From the NCBI GenBank assembly GCA_964637115.1, contig CAZWVL010000008.1, positions 6,932 through 70,931 on the forward strand: DNA of 64,000 bases, read 5' to 3'. The translations under genes were made by a program, and so were the position numbers. Of this stretch, positions 9,596 through 19,185 are shown one piece after another; position 1 is the stretch's first letter; each line of letters begins with the position of its first letter. The notes under the pieces are model-generated. The model did no database searches and had not been told where the DNA came from. It saw nothing but the letters and a program-made list of their open reading frames with translations. The stretch comes from an uncultured Methanosarcinales archaeon. Lineage in GTDB: Archaea; Nanobdellota; Nanobdellia; Woesearchaeales; ARS49.

Positions 9596-11388
9596 CTTGT
9601 CAATGCCAGATTATGCGCCTCTATATACCTTTCTATGAAAATTTTCCAGTCAGCAGTAGCTGCAATTTTCTGCGCCATGATTTTGTTCTCAATGCGTTCT
9701 TTTGTCGTAAAGTGAGCAAAACGAGACATCATTTCTGTCAATGCATTAACGATCTCCTCTGTCGACTTCTTTAAACGAGGCAGGACAAAAATTCCAGGAT
9801 ACTTGCCCTGAGTGCACTCCTTGCAAATATACTGGCCAAAGCCAGACAAATCAGTTGTCAGACTGCTGACGCCCAGAGCGGCTGCTTCCAAAGGCGTATA
9901 GCCCCAAGGCTCATAATAACTCGGAAAAACTCCAAGGTGCGAGCCCTGCATGCTTTCATAATAACTAGTGTCAAGCAACCCATCAGCGCCTGACAAATAG
10001 ATCGGGTAAAAGACAATTTTGACAACATCATCAGGCGAATTATCAAGACCAACTGCCTTTAACGCATTCATGATAAGGTCTTTATCCTCATCATACAAGA
10101 AATGCGTGCTTAAAGGAGGAAGACCGCTTCTTGACAATCTTTTCAGCTTTGGCTTCAATTCCTGCAAAAACTCATCACCAAGCAACGATTTATTCGAAAT
10201 CTCCTTGCCGGAAATGAGCAGCTGCAAAAGTTTGCTATGAATATCCTCGTGCACTGCATCAACACTGTTTCTGACATCATTAAAGAACGTCTTGCTCTCC
10301 AAAAGCTCAGGACGAATTGCCTTGACATTGCCAGGAATCCAGAAAAACGCAACAACAGTCTTCTCGCATTTCTCTGCTTTCAGCAAGTCATTTAATTTGC
10401 CCAACGCCTTGATGAAAACATCAACACCTTTGTCGTGAAATTCATACCTGCCTGCAATGAAATAAATCAACGTGTTATCAATATCAAAATTAGAGTATGG
10501 GAAATAATAATACATCAAGAACTGCTTTATACGATTCTTGAACAATTTGTGCTTCAATGATGCTTCCTCGAATGAAGGGAATTTGGACATGTCAAGACCA
10601 TTTAAGGTGAGAACATCCGGCTTTCTGCCCAAGAAATGAGCTGCCTCAATGCCGGTAATCTCACTAACAGTTGTAAAAACAGAAGCATTCTGCGCACTCT
10701 GCTTCTCCAACAAATGCTTTGCCCAGACAGAAGGGCCAAGCTTTTGAGCTTCACCATCAGAATCAATCTTTTCCAGATCATCATAGATGTCGCGCTCCTG
10801 CATTGCCAATGAACGGCCCAAAGTAGTTGCGTGAGTGGTAAATACAGTGCCGATTTTGATATTCTGGTGCTTCAAATAGAGCAATCCAGCACCAGCCAAC
10901 CATTCGTGGAACTGGGCGACTATCTTTTTGTCATTGAATACCTTGCTGAGCTCTTCCAGCAGCCTGCCAACAGCGTAAGACCAAACAACAGGCTCATCAA
11001 AATCAAACCATTCTGTCTTTAAACTATCAATCTTGAACCAATCCCACAATTTGCGCTTAATATCATCCTTCTGGACGGAGAAATTGGTAAAATCGACAAG
11101 AAGAACATTAGGATTACCTTTAGTAATCCACGTTCCACAATGAACTTCAATACCTTCCTGCCTGAGCTTTTCAAAAGCGCCCCTGCAATGCTCTGGCGCC
11201 AAATGCTCTTCAAAAACACCCCAAGACTTCTTTGGAAAATAAGGGCCGATAAGAAAGTAATTATCGCCATAATGCTCCTTAATAGGCAGAATCTTGCTCT
11301 GGATGACAGTAAAAATGCCGCCAACCTTATTACACACTTCCCACGACACTTCGAAAATAATATCTGCTTTAGCATCCATAGTCAACAC
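9592..11388 (-). CDS. Glycogen synthase, GT3 family
   Basis: FEVSWEVCNKVGGIFTV, FHEWLAG, FTTHAT.LGR, GRYEF..KG.D, GVFPSYYEPWGYTPLE. Confidence 0.93.
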   Translation of the reverse strand: MLTMDAKADIIFEVSWEVCNKVGGIFTVIQSKILPIKEHYGDNYFLIGPYFPKKSWGVFEEHLAPEHCRGAFEKLRQEGIEVHCGTWITKGNPNVLLVDFTNFSVQKDDIKRKLWDWFKIDSLKTEWFDFDEPVVWSYAVGRLLEELSKVFNDKKIVAQFHEWLAGAGLLYLKHQNIKIGTVFTTHATTLGRSLAMQERDIYDDLEKIDSDGEAQKLGPSVWAKHLLEKQSAQNASVFTTVSEITGIEAAHFLGRKPDVLTLNGLDMSKFPSFEEASLKHKLFKNRIKQFLMYYYFPYSNFDIDNTLIYFIAGRYEFHDKGVDVFIKALGKLNDLLKAEKCEKTVVAFFWIPGNVKAIRPELLESKTFFNDVRNSVDAVHEDIHSKLLQLLISGKEISNKSLLGDEFLQELKPKLKRLSRSGLPPLSTHFLYDEDKDLIMNALKAVGLDNSPDDVVKIVFYPIYLSGADGLLDTSYYESMQGSHLGVFPSYYEPWGYTPLEAAALGVSSLTTDLSGFGQYICKECTQGKYPGIFVLPRLKKSTEEIVNALTEMMSRFAHFTTKERIENKIMAQKIAATADWKIFIERYIEAHNLALTR

Positions 11389-11433
11389 TTCCTTCTACGC
11401 CTTGAAAAAGCTTTCACACTACTCAGAAGTAAT

Positions 11434-11520
11434 CTAAATGTGCGCAATCATCAAAAGAACAGAGAAACCAAGAGTAAGAGTGATGACGACGTAAATTGTG
11501 TATAATTCGTAAGCTTCCAT
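11434..11520 (-). CDS. Possible 28-aa single-TM micropeptide
   Basis: MEAYELYTIYVVITLTLGFSVLLMIAHI; hydrophobic ORF upstream of glycogen synthase. Confidence 0.3.
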   Translation of the reverse strand: MEAYELYTIYVVITLTLGFSVLLMIAHI

Positions 11521-11617
11521 GGTCAAGAAAAATTTAAATGTCGCTGACCTTCGGTCCACCGAACACTTTTTTCTCGTTGCACTCAAAAAAAGAAAAATAA
11601 AAAATAAAAATTGCTTC

Positions 11618-12289
11618 TTAGACAGTTCCGCCCAGGGCTGGTGATGGGCAGCACATTGCTACTCCACTACCGTCAAAGGCTTCAAGGATGTCGTTCAAAG
11701 CGTAGTCTGGCACTACATACAAGCTCTGCAAGATTTGCGGAATTGTTCTGCAATTGCTTGACCATGCGCCGCCATACGTTGAAGCAGCTCTGTTATAGCT
11801 TGTTGGCTGCGTGTATGTGTCGTCACTTGGGTCTTCGTTTGCTCTTACAATTCCCTCACAGCTCACTTGGATGCTTGGGATCTGTGCTCGGTTTCTGTTG
11901 TATGAAATCTTCTGGCCAACTGTCTTGACAGTTCCACAGACACCGTTGAAGCATTCGCCAGTCACTACATCTGCGACCTTCTGAAGGCCTTCTCCGCCTG
12001 GAGTTTGTCCATAGCTTGAGAATGTTCCGGTCTGATCATACGAACTTGCACTTGAGTAAGGATCTGCTTCACCTGATGGGAATTCCTTAGCTCTGCCCGA
12101 GAACGATCTTGAGATCGGGTCAAACACACCTCTGATTGCACCACCATATTCTTTGGCGGCTGGCACTGCGAATTCTCCAACTGCTGCCTTGCGCGCACCT
12201 GTGAATAGGAGCACCAAGCCAACGATGGCTATAATCGCTACAATGCCGAGAATAACCAATGCGATTCCTTTTCCACTTTCTTCTGCCAC
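11618..12289 (-). CDS. Membrane-anchored Cys-containing protein with conserved N-terminal helix (pilin-like leader)
   Basis: KGIALVILGIVAIIAIVGLVLLFT; GAGGTGATCA RBS; paralogue of the next gene. Confidence 0.75.
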   Translation of the reverse strand: MAEESGKGIALVILGIVAIIAIVGLVLLFTGARKAAVGEFAVPAAKEYGGAIRGVFDPISRSFSGRAKEFPSGEADPYSSASSYDQTGTFSSYGQTPGGEGLQKVADVVTGECFNGVCGTVKTVGQKISYNRNRAQIPSIQVSCEGIVRANEDPSDDTYTQPTSYNRAASTYGGAWSSNCRTIPQILQSLYVVPDYALNDILEAFDGSGVAMCCPSPALGGTV

Positions 12290-12411
12290 AACTGATCACC
12301 TCGTTTAGTTGTACTTAAGCGTTTTTTGTGTGTTGTTACACACGCGCTCTTTATATATTTTTCGTTTTGTCAGAACGTACAATCGTTCTGTTTTATTTAA
12401 ACTAAAAAAAA

Positions 12412-12915
12412 TTAACTGTAACTTCCGCCGTATGTGCCTCCATAATATCCCTGAGTTCGTCCGGCAATGCCTCCGACCATTGGCTCACCAGGGCAGACAC
12501 ATACGCCTGCCTTTGGACCGAGCGTGTTAATGACATTGTATCCAATTGATGCATAATAACCTGCTTCTGTTGGGTTGATTGAAGACAGGAAGCAGCCCTG
12601 GCCGCACTTGATCATTGGCGATGGAACATCACCAATCGGGTTTCTCTTAGGGTCGCCCTGCCAGTTCCATTGAGTGTGCATGACATTACTTTGCGTTGCA
12701 CCTGGATTGTACGTTGAACTTGCATCAGATATTCCGCCACGCGGAACACCTCTGCCAGTCCAGTAAGGATATTCAATTCCTTTAATTGCACCGCCGTAAA
12801 TACCCTGACCGGTTGCTGATTTGTTTTGCGTGAAAAGCAAGACCAAACCGACAATGGCAAGAATCGCTACGATGCCAAGAATCACCAATGCTATTCCTTT
12901 ATGTTCGTCAGCCAT
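12412..12915 (-). CDS. Membrane-anchored Cys-containing protein, paralogue of 11618-12289
   Basis: KGIALVILGIVAILAIVGLVLLFT..ATG..YGGAIKG; GAGGTGATCA RBS. Confidence 0.78.
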   Translation of the reverse strand: MADEHKGIALVILGIVAILAIVGLVLLFTQNKSATGQGIYGGAIKGIEYPYWTGRGVPRGGISDASSTYNPGATQSNVMHTQWNWQGDPKRNPIGDVPSPMIKCGQGCFLSSINPTEAGYYASIGYNVINTLGPKAGVCVCPGEPMVGGIAGRTQGYYGGTYGGSYS

Positions 12916-13027
12916 TTGATCACCTCAAATTTTTACTTGGAGACAAACCGAGCTTGCTCGGCGTACCTCTTTTGATGAAAGTCATGTCAATTTTACACTA
13001 CTATAGGTTTATGTATACTGGATATAT

Positions 13028-13471
13028 TTAAATGTTTTGTTTCTTAGGTATGTATTCCCGTACCAAGATGAGTACGACTGCTATTGAAACAGCAGTATCA
13101 GCGACGTTAAACGCAGGCCAGAAATGAAAGTCAATGAAGTCAAGAACAGCACCGTACAATATACGGTCCAGCAGATTGCCTAAAGCGCCACCGAGAATAA
13201 GGCCGAGAATTGGCTGCAGTTCTTTCCCAAAAGTTTTGTGCTTCAGTATAATATAGACACTGACCGCAGAAGCAAATATGATGAAAAACCACGACGCGCT
13301 TTTGAACAAGCCAAAAGCAGTGCCAGTGTTCAATACGTGAGATATTGAGATGATTGGAAAATCAATTGAAGAGTTCAAAGGAACATATTTTGCAACAAGA
13401 AATTTTGTTATTCTGTCGAGAATAAATATCGCGACTGCAATACTCCAGAAACCTAAATACTTGCGCGCCAT
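13028..13471 (-). CDS. lspA: Lipoprotein signal peptidase II
   Basis: LDRITK, NTGTAFG, GGALGNLLDR, VLDFID and FNVAD motifs with both catalytic Asp. Confidence 0.93.
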   Translation of the reverse strand: MARKYLGFWSIAVAIFILDRITKFLVAKYVPLNSSIDFPIISISHVLNTGTAFGLFKSASWFFIIFASAVSVYIILKHKTFGKELQPILGLILGGALGNLLDRILYGAVLDFIDFHFWPAFNVADTAVSIAVVLILVREYIPKKQNI

Positions 13472-13833
13472 CTCTGCTGATACGGACGTTCTTCGCCGCG
13501 CTCCAATCTTTCAAGTCGCTGCAGTACTGTTTCCAACTGAGCCTTAATCGTGTCAAGCTTTGAAGAAATCAACTGCAACTGCTGCTCTGTAGACATTGTC
13601 GCCTGAAATTGCTGCTGCTGGCCGAATGACTGCGGCATGAACGGCTGCTGTTGATCTACAGGAGGCTCGGTAAGTCCTGCCATAGGTCTTGGCATTCCCA
13701 TCTGCTCCATCCCTGCAGGCATTTGCGACTCTGACTGTGAAATTTCAGGAGCTCTCGGATACTCAGGCACTTCTTCCTCTTTCTTCCAGAACTTCAATTT
13801 ATCCATGAAAGCCATACGATAAAAGAATTCCAA
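13453..13833 (-). CDS. Hypothetical protein, low-complexity Q/M/P region with C-terminal coiled coil
   Basis: QLISSKLDTIKAQLETVLQRLERLE heptads; overlaps the lspA start. Confidence 0.7.
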   Translation of the reverse strand: MEFFYRMAFMDKLKFWKKEEEVPEYPRAPEISQSESQMPAGMEQMGMPRPMAGLTEPPVDQQQPFMPQSFGQQQQFQATMSTEQQLQLISSKLDTIKAQLETVLQRLERLERGEERPYQQRWRASI

Positions 13834-13860
13834 AGATGTTATAAATGTTGTGCTGAAGAA

Positions 13861-14523
13861 TTAAAGAGGCAGAGGAAGCCCAGGTCCCAAATTAATATCA
13901 TCCAGCTCGGCAGCACGCTGAATTTTCCTTTCTGCAAGATAACCTTCATACTTTGCTTTCAACACATCAAAAATTTGTCTTACACAAATTTTAACCGTGT
14001 TTCTTGTGGCACGAATTTGCCCGCAAGGATCATGAATATGATCAAATTCTTTCAGAAACACTGCTGAACGACTAGCAAGTTCATCCCTAATTCTATCCGG
14101 CAGTGATACGCCATTAAGTCTTTCACTCAATGGGCTTATGTATTGCCGCACGTTACGTACGTGAGAAATATTGTCGATATGCTCTACTTCGCGCTCATAA
14201 AGAACTTCGCCGTGATAAGGATTCATTGGATTAATTATACGACGGCCTTCAGTCATCATTTCTGAATACAGCGCAGCTGGAGACATTTTTCCATCAAACA
14301 TTGCTGTCTGCTTATTGCTTGCAGAACAGGTGAAACCCGCAGCAACACCAAGAATCTCAGCAGGATTCATAACTGCCATAAGACTACCGTTCACAGGCCC
14401 AAGTCCGCGATAGACTGCACTTAAAAAACTGTGACTGGGATTACGGTATAGTTGCGTTTCCTCTGCCAATACCTGCTGACTGATGCCTTTTGCAGTAAAG
14501 CCGAATAATCTTAATGGTGCCAT
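13861..14523 (-). CDS. Hypothetical protein
   Basis: 220-aa ORF with upstream TTTATATA box. Confidence 0.6.
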   Translation of the reverse strand: MAPLRLFGFTAKGISQQVLAEETQLYRNPSHSFLSAVYRGLGPVNGSLMAVMNPAEILGVAAGFTCSASNKQTAMFDGKMSPAALYSEMMTEGRRIINPMNPYHGEVLYEREVEHIDNISHVRNVRQYISPLSERLNGVSLPDRIRDELASRSAVFLKEFDHIHDPCGQIRATRNTVKICVRQIFDVLKAKYEGYLAERKIQRAAELDDINLGPGLPLPL

Positions 14524-14613
14524 AGTACTATTAGGTGAAGCAACACTATATAAATTTAACTACTTCTTGGTGACTATATTATATATTTAAGCAAGCAGGT
14601 ATCTGCCATATGC

Positions 14614-15399
14614 ATGCGGGTGGATAACTTTAGCTTACAGCACACATTAGACTCAGGACAGTTCTTCAGATATAATAAAGACGGAGATTGGTATGTCTGC
14701 CAGGAAAGAAACAAGCTGTTCAAGATACGGCAGAAAGGAAATGAATTGGAGTTCACAGGAACAGATGCAGGGCACATCAAAAGATTATTTGGACTAAACC
14801 AGCACTACGACACAATAATAGAATTATTATCAAGCGACAAAACACTACTGCCCGCAATCAAAAAATACCACGGTTTGCGGGTAATGCAGCGAGACCCTTG
14901 GGAAACGCTTGTCAGCTTCCAGTGCAGCATATTCAGCAACATCAAAAAAATAAAACTGAACATGAACTGTCTGGCTAAAGAATTTGGAGTGAATAAAGGG
15001 CATTACACCTTCCCAGGGCCTGGAAAACTAAATAATTTAGACAAAATCAAGAAATGCGCAACGGGATTCAGGGCGAAGTACATTTTTGCAGCAAATACAA
15101 TGGTAAATGATGCTTATTTTGAGAAGTTGAAAAAGAAAAAATACGAAGACGCAAAAATAGAATTAATGGAGCTTCCAGGAGTTGCAGAAAAAGTCGCAGA
15201 TTGTATTTGTCTGTTTGCTTTAGACAAAACGGAAGCGTTCCCAGTTGACGTATGGATAGAAAGAATCATGACAAAACTTTATTTTGACGGCAAAAAGACA
15301 AAACATAAAGACATACGCACTTTTGCAAAAGACAGATGGGGCAAGTTAGCAGGATACGCACAGCAGTTTTTGTACCATTGGGGACGGATGAATGATTAA
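14614..15399 (+). CDS. ogg: 8-oxoguanine DNA glycosylase (OGG1-like HhH-GPD)
   Basis: TLDSGQFFR, GLRVMQRDPWETLVSF, LPGVAEKVADCICLF, AFPVDVW, AGYAQQFLY. Confidence 0.9.
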   Translation: MRVDNFSLQHTLDSGQFFRYNKDGDWYVCQERNKLFKIRQKGNELEFTGTDAGHIKRLFGLNQHYDTIIELLSSDKTLLPAIKKYHGLRVMQRDPWETLVSFQCSIFSNIKKIKLNMNCLAKEFGVNKGHYTFPGPGKLNNLDKIKKCATGFRAKYIFAANTMVNDAYFEKLKKKKYEDAKIELMELPGVAEKVADCICLFALDKTEAFPVDVWIERIMTKLYFDGKKTKHKDIRTFAKDRWGKLAGYAQQFLYHWGRMND

Positions 15400-16042
15400 A
15401 CACTCGGAAATCGACAAAGTACTGAACATTCTTGTAAAAGAACAAGGAACGAGCACAATGCTCGGCAGAATGGGAAAAAAATACGAACCTTTCAAAGTGC
15501 TGATTTCTACAATCCTGAGCGCGCGTGCGAAAGACGAAGTAACTGAAATAATTTCTGAGAAACTTTTTGAGAAATATCCGACTGCAGAGAAATTGGCACG
15601 GGCAGATAAGAAAGATATCATCAATATAATTAGACGGATTGGATTTTATAATGCCAAGTCGAAAAATATTATTAATACAGCGAAAATGCTGCTGGAAAAG
15701 TTTGACGGAAAAGTGCCGGATACGCTTGAACAGTTGATTGAGCTACCGGGTGTAGGAAGGAAAGTGGCGAATTGTGTTTTAGTGTATTCGTTCAAGAAAG
15801 ACGCCATACCAGTGGACACTCACTGCCACAGAATTCCAAACAGACTTGGATGGATTAAAACTAAAACTCCTGAAGAAACCGAACAGAAGCTTATGAAAAT
15901 TGTGCCAAGAAAGCACTGGACCGCTTTTAATGATACTTTTGTATCACACGGCAAAACAATCTGCGTACCGATATCACCATTCTGCTCAAGATGCCCTATC
16001 TATAAGTACTGCAAGCGGGTTGGAGTGAAACGCCATCGCTGA
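15392..16042 (+). CDS. nth: Endonuclease III
   Basis: LISTILSA, LPGVGRKVANCVL, VDTHCHR, C-x6-C-x2-C-x5-C Fe-S motif. Confidence 0.95.
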   Translation: MIKHSEIDKVLNILVKEQGTSTMLGRMGKKYEPFKVLISTILSARAKDEVTEIISEKLFEKYPTAEKLARADKKDIINIIRRIGFYNAKSKNIINTAKMLLEKFDGKVPDTLEQLIELPGVGRKVANCVLVYSFKKDAIPVDTHCHRIPNRLGWIKTKTPEETEQKLMKIVPRKHWTAFNDTFVSHGKTICVPISPFCSRCPIYKYCKRVGVKRHR

Positions 16043-16436
16043 CATAAACAAAGTAGCGGCATTGTGCATCAGAGACAAGAAACTGCTCATCGTGCACAAG
16101 AAAAACGTCGGCTACATATCATTAGGTGGCAAAATAAATCCAGGAGAAAGTGATGAACAGTGCCTTGAACGCGAAATAAAAGAGGAAATCGGCTGCACAA
16201 TGAAAAATCCGCGACACTTCGCCACATTTGAAGGACCAACACACGATTTCAAGCAAACGCTAAGAATGGTCTGCTACTTCTGCGACATCGAAGGAGAAAT
16301 ACAACTAAATCCAAACGACAATGTTGACGGTTACCGCTGGATTAGCAAAGAAGACTACAAACAAATAGAAAACGAACTCGCACACATGCTAAAAGCAAAT
16401 ATCATACCGGCACTCATAACAAAGGGACTCCTCTAA
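16035..16436 (+). CDS. Nudix hydrolase (MutT-like); start codon uncertain
   Basis: GGKINPGESDEQCLEREIKEEIG Nudix box; frame open back to ATC at 16035. Confidence 0.85.
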   Translation: MADINKVAALCIRDKKLLIVHKKNVGYISLGGKINPGESDEQCLEREIKEEIGCTMKNPRHFATFEGPTHDFKQTLRMVCYFCDIEGEIQLNPNDNVDGYRWISKEDYKQIENELAHMLKANIIPALITKGLL

Positions 16437-16475
16437 TCACAAATAATTTAAACAACACATTGCAAACTAAAACCA

Positions 16476-17045
16476 ATGGTAAACATGATTAAAGTGCTTA
16501 TTGCTGTTACCATACTCATACTCATAATTAGCATCGGCATGCTTGGCAAAAAACTGATAAGAGCGCTCATCTTCAAGACGGCAAAAACAGAAAGCAACGA
16601 AAGCATCGTGCTTGAATGGGTAACGGGCATTCTTGTTGTCGGATTATCATTCGCATACTATCTCAACCAACAACCAGAATCCGACATCACAATGTGGATA
16701 GGAGTTGTTGTCTACTTTTTAGGCTGGATGCTGCAATTATTCGCACGCAGACAATTATACGACGACAAAAGCTTTGAAGAACGCCTGAAATCAGGATTTG
16801 AAGCAGCACAAATGGGATTATACGCAAAAATAAGGCACCCAAGCAAGGCAGCATTATTGCTAATCATGATAGGATTGTGCTTTGCACTAGGCAGCATCTG
16901 GGCATTAGCAGTCCTATTGTTCCTATTCTTCCCAAGTATATTATATAGGATCAGCCAGGAAGAAAGAGCATTAATGGACCAATTCGGAGACAGATGGATG
17001 TCATACAAAGAAGACACTAAACGAATCATACCCGGAGTATTCTGA
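16476..17045 (+). CDS. Isoprenylcysteine carboxyl methyltransferase (ICMT) family membrane protein
   Basis: GLYAKIRHP, RISQEERAL..FG..W..Y...T.RIIP. Confidence 0.8.
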   Translation: MVNMIKVLIAVTILILIISIGMLGKKLIRALIFKTAKTESNESIVLEWVTGILVVGLSFAYYLNQQPESDITMWIGVVVYFLGWMLQLFARRQLYDDKSFEERLKSGFEAAQMGLYAKIRHPSKAALLLIMIGLCFALGSIWALAVLLFLFFPSILYRISQEERALMDQFGDRWMSYKEDTKRIIPGVF

Positions 17046-17983
17046 TGAAACAGAAAAAAGAGGAATGGACGGGCAACAGAATTTTGCGCACGACCTGGAA
17101 AATAGTCAGCATGGGAATCAGCATAATATTGCTATTCTTTTTCGGCACAATATTTTTCAGCTTCTTCAGCTCATTAATACCAGAGACACTTTCAATCGGT
17201 AATGTAGCAGTGATACCAATTGAAGGACTGATAAGCACTGATGGAGACAATTGGATGCCATCAATCAAAAGTGCAAACATTGTCGAACAAATAGAAAAAG
17301 CGGACAAAAATACTGAGATAAAAGCGATATTACTAGAAATAAACAGCCCCGGCGGAACACCAGTTGCAACAGACGAAATTGCCAATGCAGTAAAGTCTGC
17401 CAATAAGACAACAATAGCAGTCATCAGGGAAACAGGAGCGTCAGGAGCATACTGGATTGCAACAGCGGCAGACAAGATTTTCGCGAACAGGATGAGCATA
17501 ACAGGAAGCATAGGAGTACAGGCCAGCAAACTCGAATATTATGGACTGCTGGCAGATTATAACGTCACGTACCGCAAACTAACCGCAGGACGACTGAAAG
17601 ATGCAGGAACACCGTTCAGAGAAATGACGCCAGAAGAACAAACACTGTTCCAACAACTGCTTGACGGCCTGCACAATGAATTCATCAAAACAGTAGCAGA
17701 AAACAGACACTTGCCTGAAGCAAAAGTTAGGGAGCTTGCAACAGGATTTGTTTATTTGGGAAGCGAAGCAAAAGAACTAGGACTTGTAGATGAACTCGGC
17801 GGGAAAAAAGACGCTCTCAAGTATCTTGAGAAGACGCTGAACATAACTGCAGAGCCAGTCGAGTACAAAGAGAGAAAAACATTCTTTGAAGAACTATCCG
17901 GATTAACATCAAACAACTTCTACCAGATAGGAAGAGGAATTGGAAGCGTGTTTACTTCAGAAACAAAAGTCTCATTCACGTAA
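17045..17983 (+). CDS. sppA: Signal peptide peptidase SppA (S49)
   Basis: INSPGG, GASGAYWIA, TGSIGV, A.ELGLVDELG. Confidence 0.93.
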   Translation: MKQKKEEWTGNRILRTTWKIVSMGISIILLFFFGTIFFSFFSSLIPETLSIGNVAVIPIEGLISTDGDNWMPSIKSANIVEQIEKADKNTEIKAILLEINSPGGTPVATDEIANAVKSANKTTIAVIRETGASGAYWIATAADKIFANRMSITGSIGVQASKLEYYGLLADYNVTYRKLTAGRLKDAGTPFREMTPEEQTLFQQLLDGLHNEFIKTVAENRHLPEAKVRELATGFVYLGSEAKELGLVDELGGKKDALKYLEKTLNITAEPVEYKERKTFFEELSGLTSNNFYQIGRGIGSVFTSETKVSFT

Positions 17984-18400
17984 ATCTGCTTTCATTCCAA
18001 CCCGAATATTTTTCTTCTCAGCAGCGCCTGCATTCAATTCAAGAACATACTTTGCAGGCTTTTCAGACGGATAAGTAGGACACGGATCAGCCTTGCACGG
18101 CAAGACATTGGCTTTAACTTCAACAACCATCATATTGCCGTCAAGAAAAATCATGTCCAGCGGAATTAATGTATTCTTCATCCAGAATGTTTTTGAAGAT
18201 TCTTCATTAAAGATGAACAACATGCCGTGATTTTCAGGCATTGACTCACGAAACATCAAACCTTTACTCTGTTCTGCAGGAGTACGGGCAATCTCAATTT
18301 CAAAAGAAACGCCATTGTCGAATGTAACCATTGGTATTGATGCGCACGCGGCTAACAACAACAAAAAAATTATTTCTTTAATCCCATGCTGCTTTTCCAA
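17972..18400 (-). CDS. DUF192 family lipoprotein
   Basis: GLMFRESM..GMLF, FWMKNTLIPLDMIF, YVLELNAG; lipobox LLAAC; TTG start with GAGGTG RBS. Confidence 0.88.
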   Translation of the reverse strand: MEKQHGIKEIIFLLLLAACASIPMVTFDNGVSFEIEIARTPAEQSKGLMFRESMPENHGMLFIFNEESSKTFWMKNTLIPLDMIFLDGNMMVVEVKANVLPCKADPCPTYPSEKPAKYVLELNAGAAEKKNIRVGMKADLRE

Positions 18401-19068
18401 ATCGGCACCTCATACGACATAGGCTCTTTTTCAAGTTTCAAGATACCAGCATCAATCAAGTCATCAATGTTCACCATATCCTTTGCAGAATCAGGAATTC
18501 TAGGACAGGCAGTGTTAACCCAATAGTCAATGAAAGTAAAGTTCTCAAACTCAGACATGTCAAGCTCATCGCAGGCAAAAATAAAGTATTCCTTGTCAGC
18601 TTTCTTCTGCAACTCCAATGCACGCATCAAGTTTTTCTGGCCAATCTTTGTCGTAACAATAATGCCAACCCTCTTTGCGTGCAAAAAATTGTTCAACTGG
18701 CCAAGCTTAAGCTTACGCCAATCATCAACACGCTTCTTGTCCAACAAGCCAAACTCTTTAGCCACAGGATTCCACAAATAAACCGGCTGTGAAGTCATCA
18801 TTGCAACCTGAACAGGATGAAACTCGCCAGAACCAACAAACAGCCATTGGTCAACATCTTTCTTGATTTTTTCAGCAGCAGAAGCATTGCAGCCAAGAAC
18901 CTGGCCGGCAAGCATAGCGTGCTCCAACTGCTGGATAATATCTGCCATCTTATGCTGATGCTGGATTGTAGTCACAACACCCCACCTGCCCTTCGGCAGC
19001 TTCTTCAGAACACTTTCCGGCATCCTAACGTCAAGATTGCTCTTGGCATGAACGTGCATCAGTTTCAT
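18370..19068 (-). CDS. dph2: Diphthamide synthesis protein Dph2, short form
   Basis: TTIQH, GQVLGC, GSGEFHP, K.GQ, NTACPRI. Confidence 0.85.
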   Translation of the reverse strand: MKLMHVHAKSNLDVRMPESVLKKLPKGRWGVVTTIQHQHKMADIIQQLEHAMLAGQVLGCNASAAEKIKKDVDQWLFVGSGEFHPVQVAMMTSQPVYLWNPVAKEFGLLDKKRVDDWRKLKLGQLNNFLHAKRVGIIVTTKIGQKNLMRALELQKKADKEYFIFACDELDMSEFENFTFIDYWVNTACPRIPDSAKDMVNIDDLIDAGILKLEKEPMSYEVPIWKSSMGLKK

Positions 19069-19185
19069 AACAAAGAAATCGACGAGAGTCTTTTAAAAAG
19101 GTTTCGACAGTAAGTTCAAACTATCCTGAAAGGCACGACTTTAGGACTGGATAAAAAGGTAGGACTTCTTGATGGTGTTCAAGTC

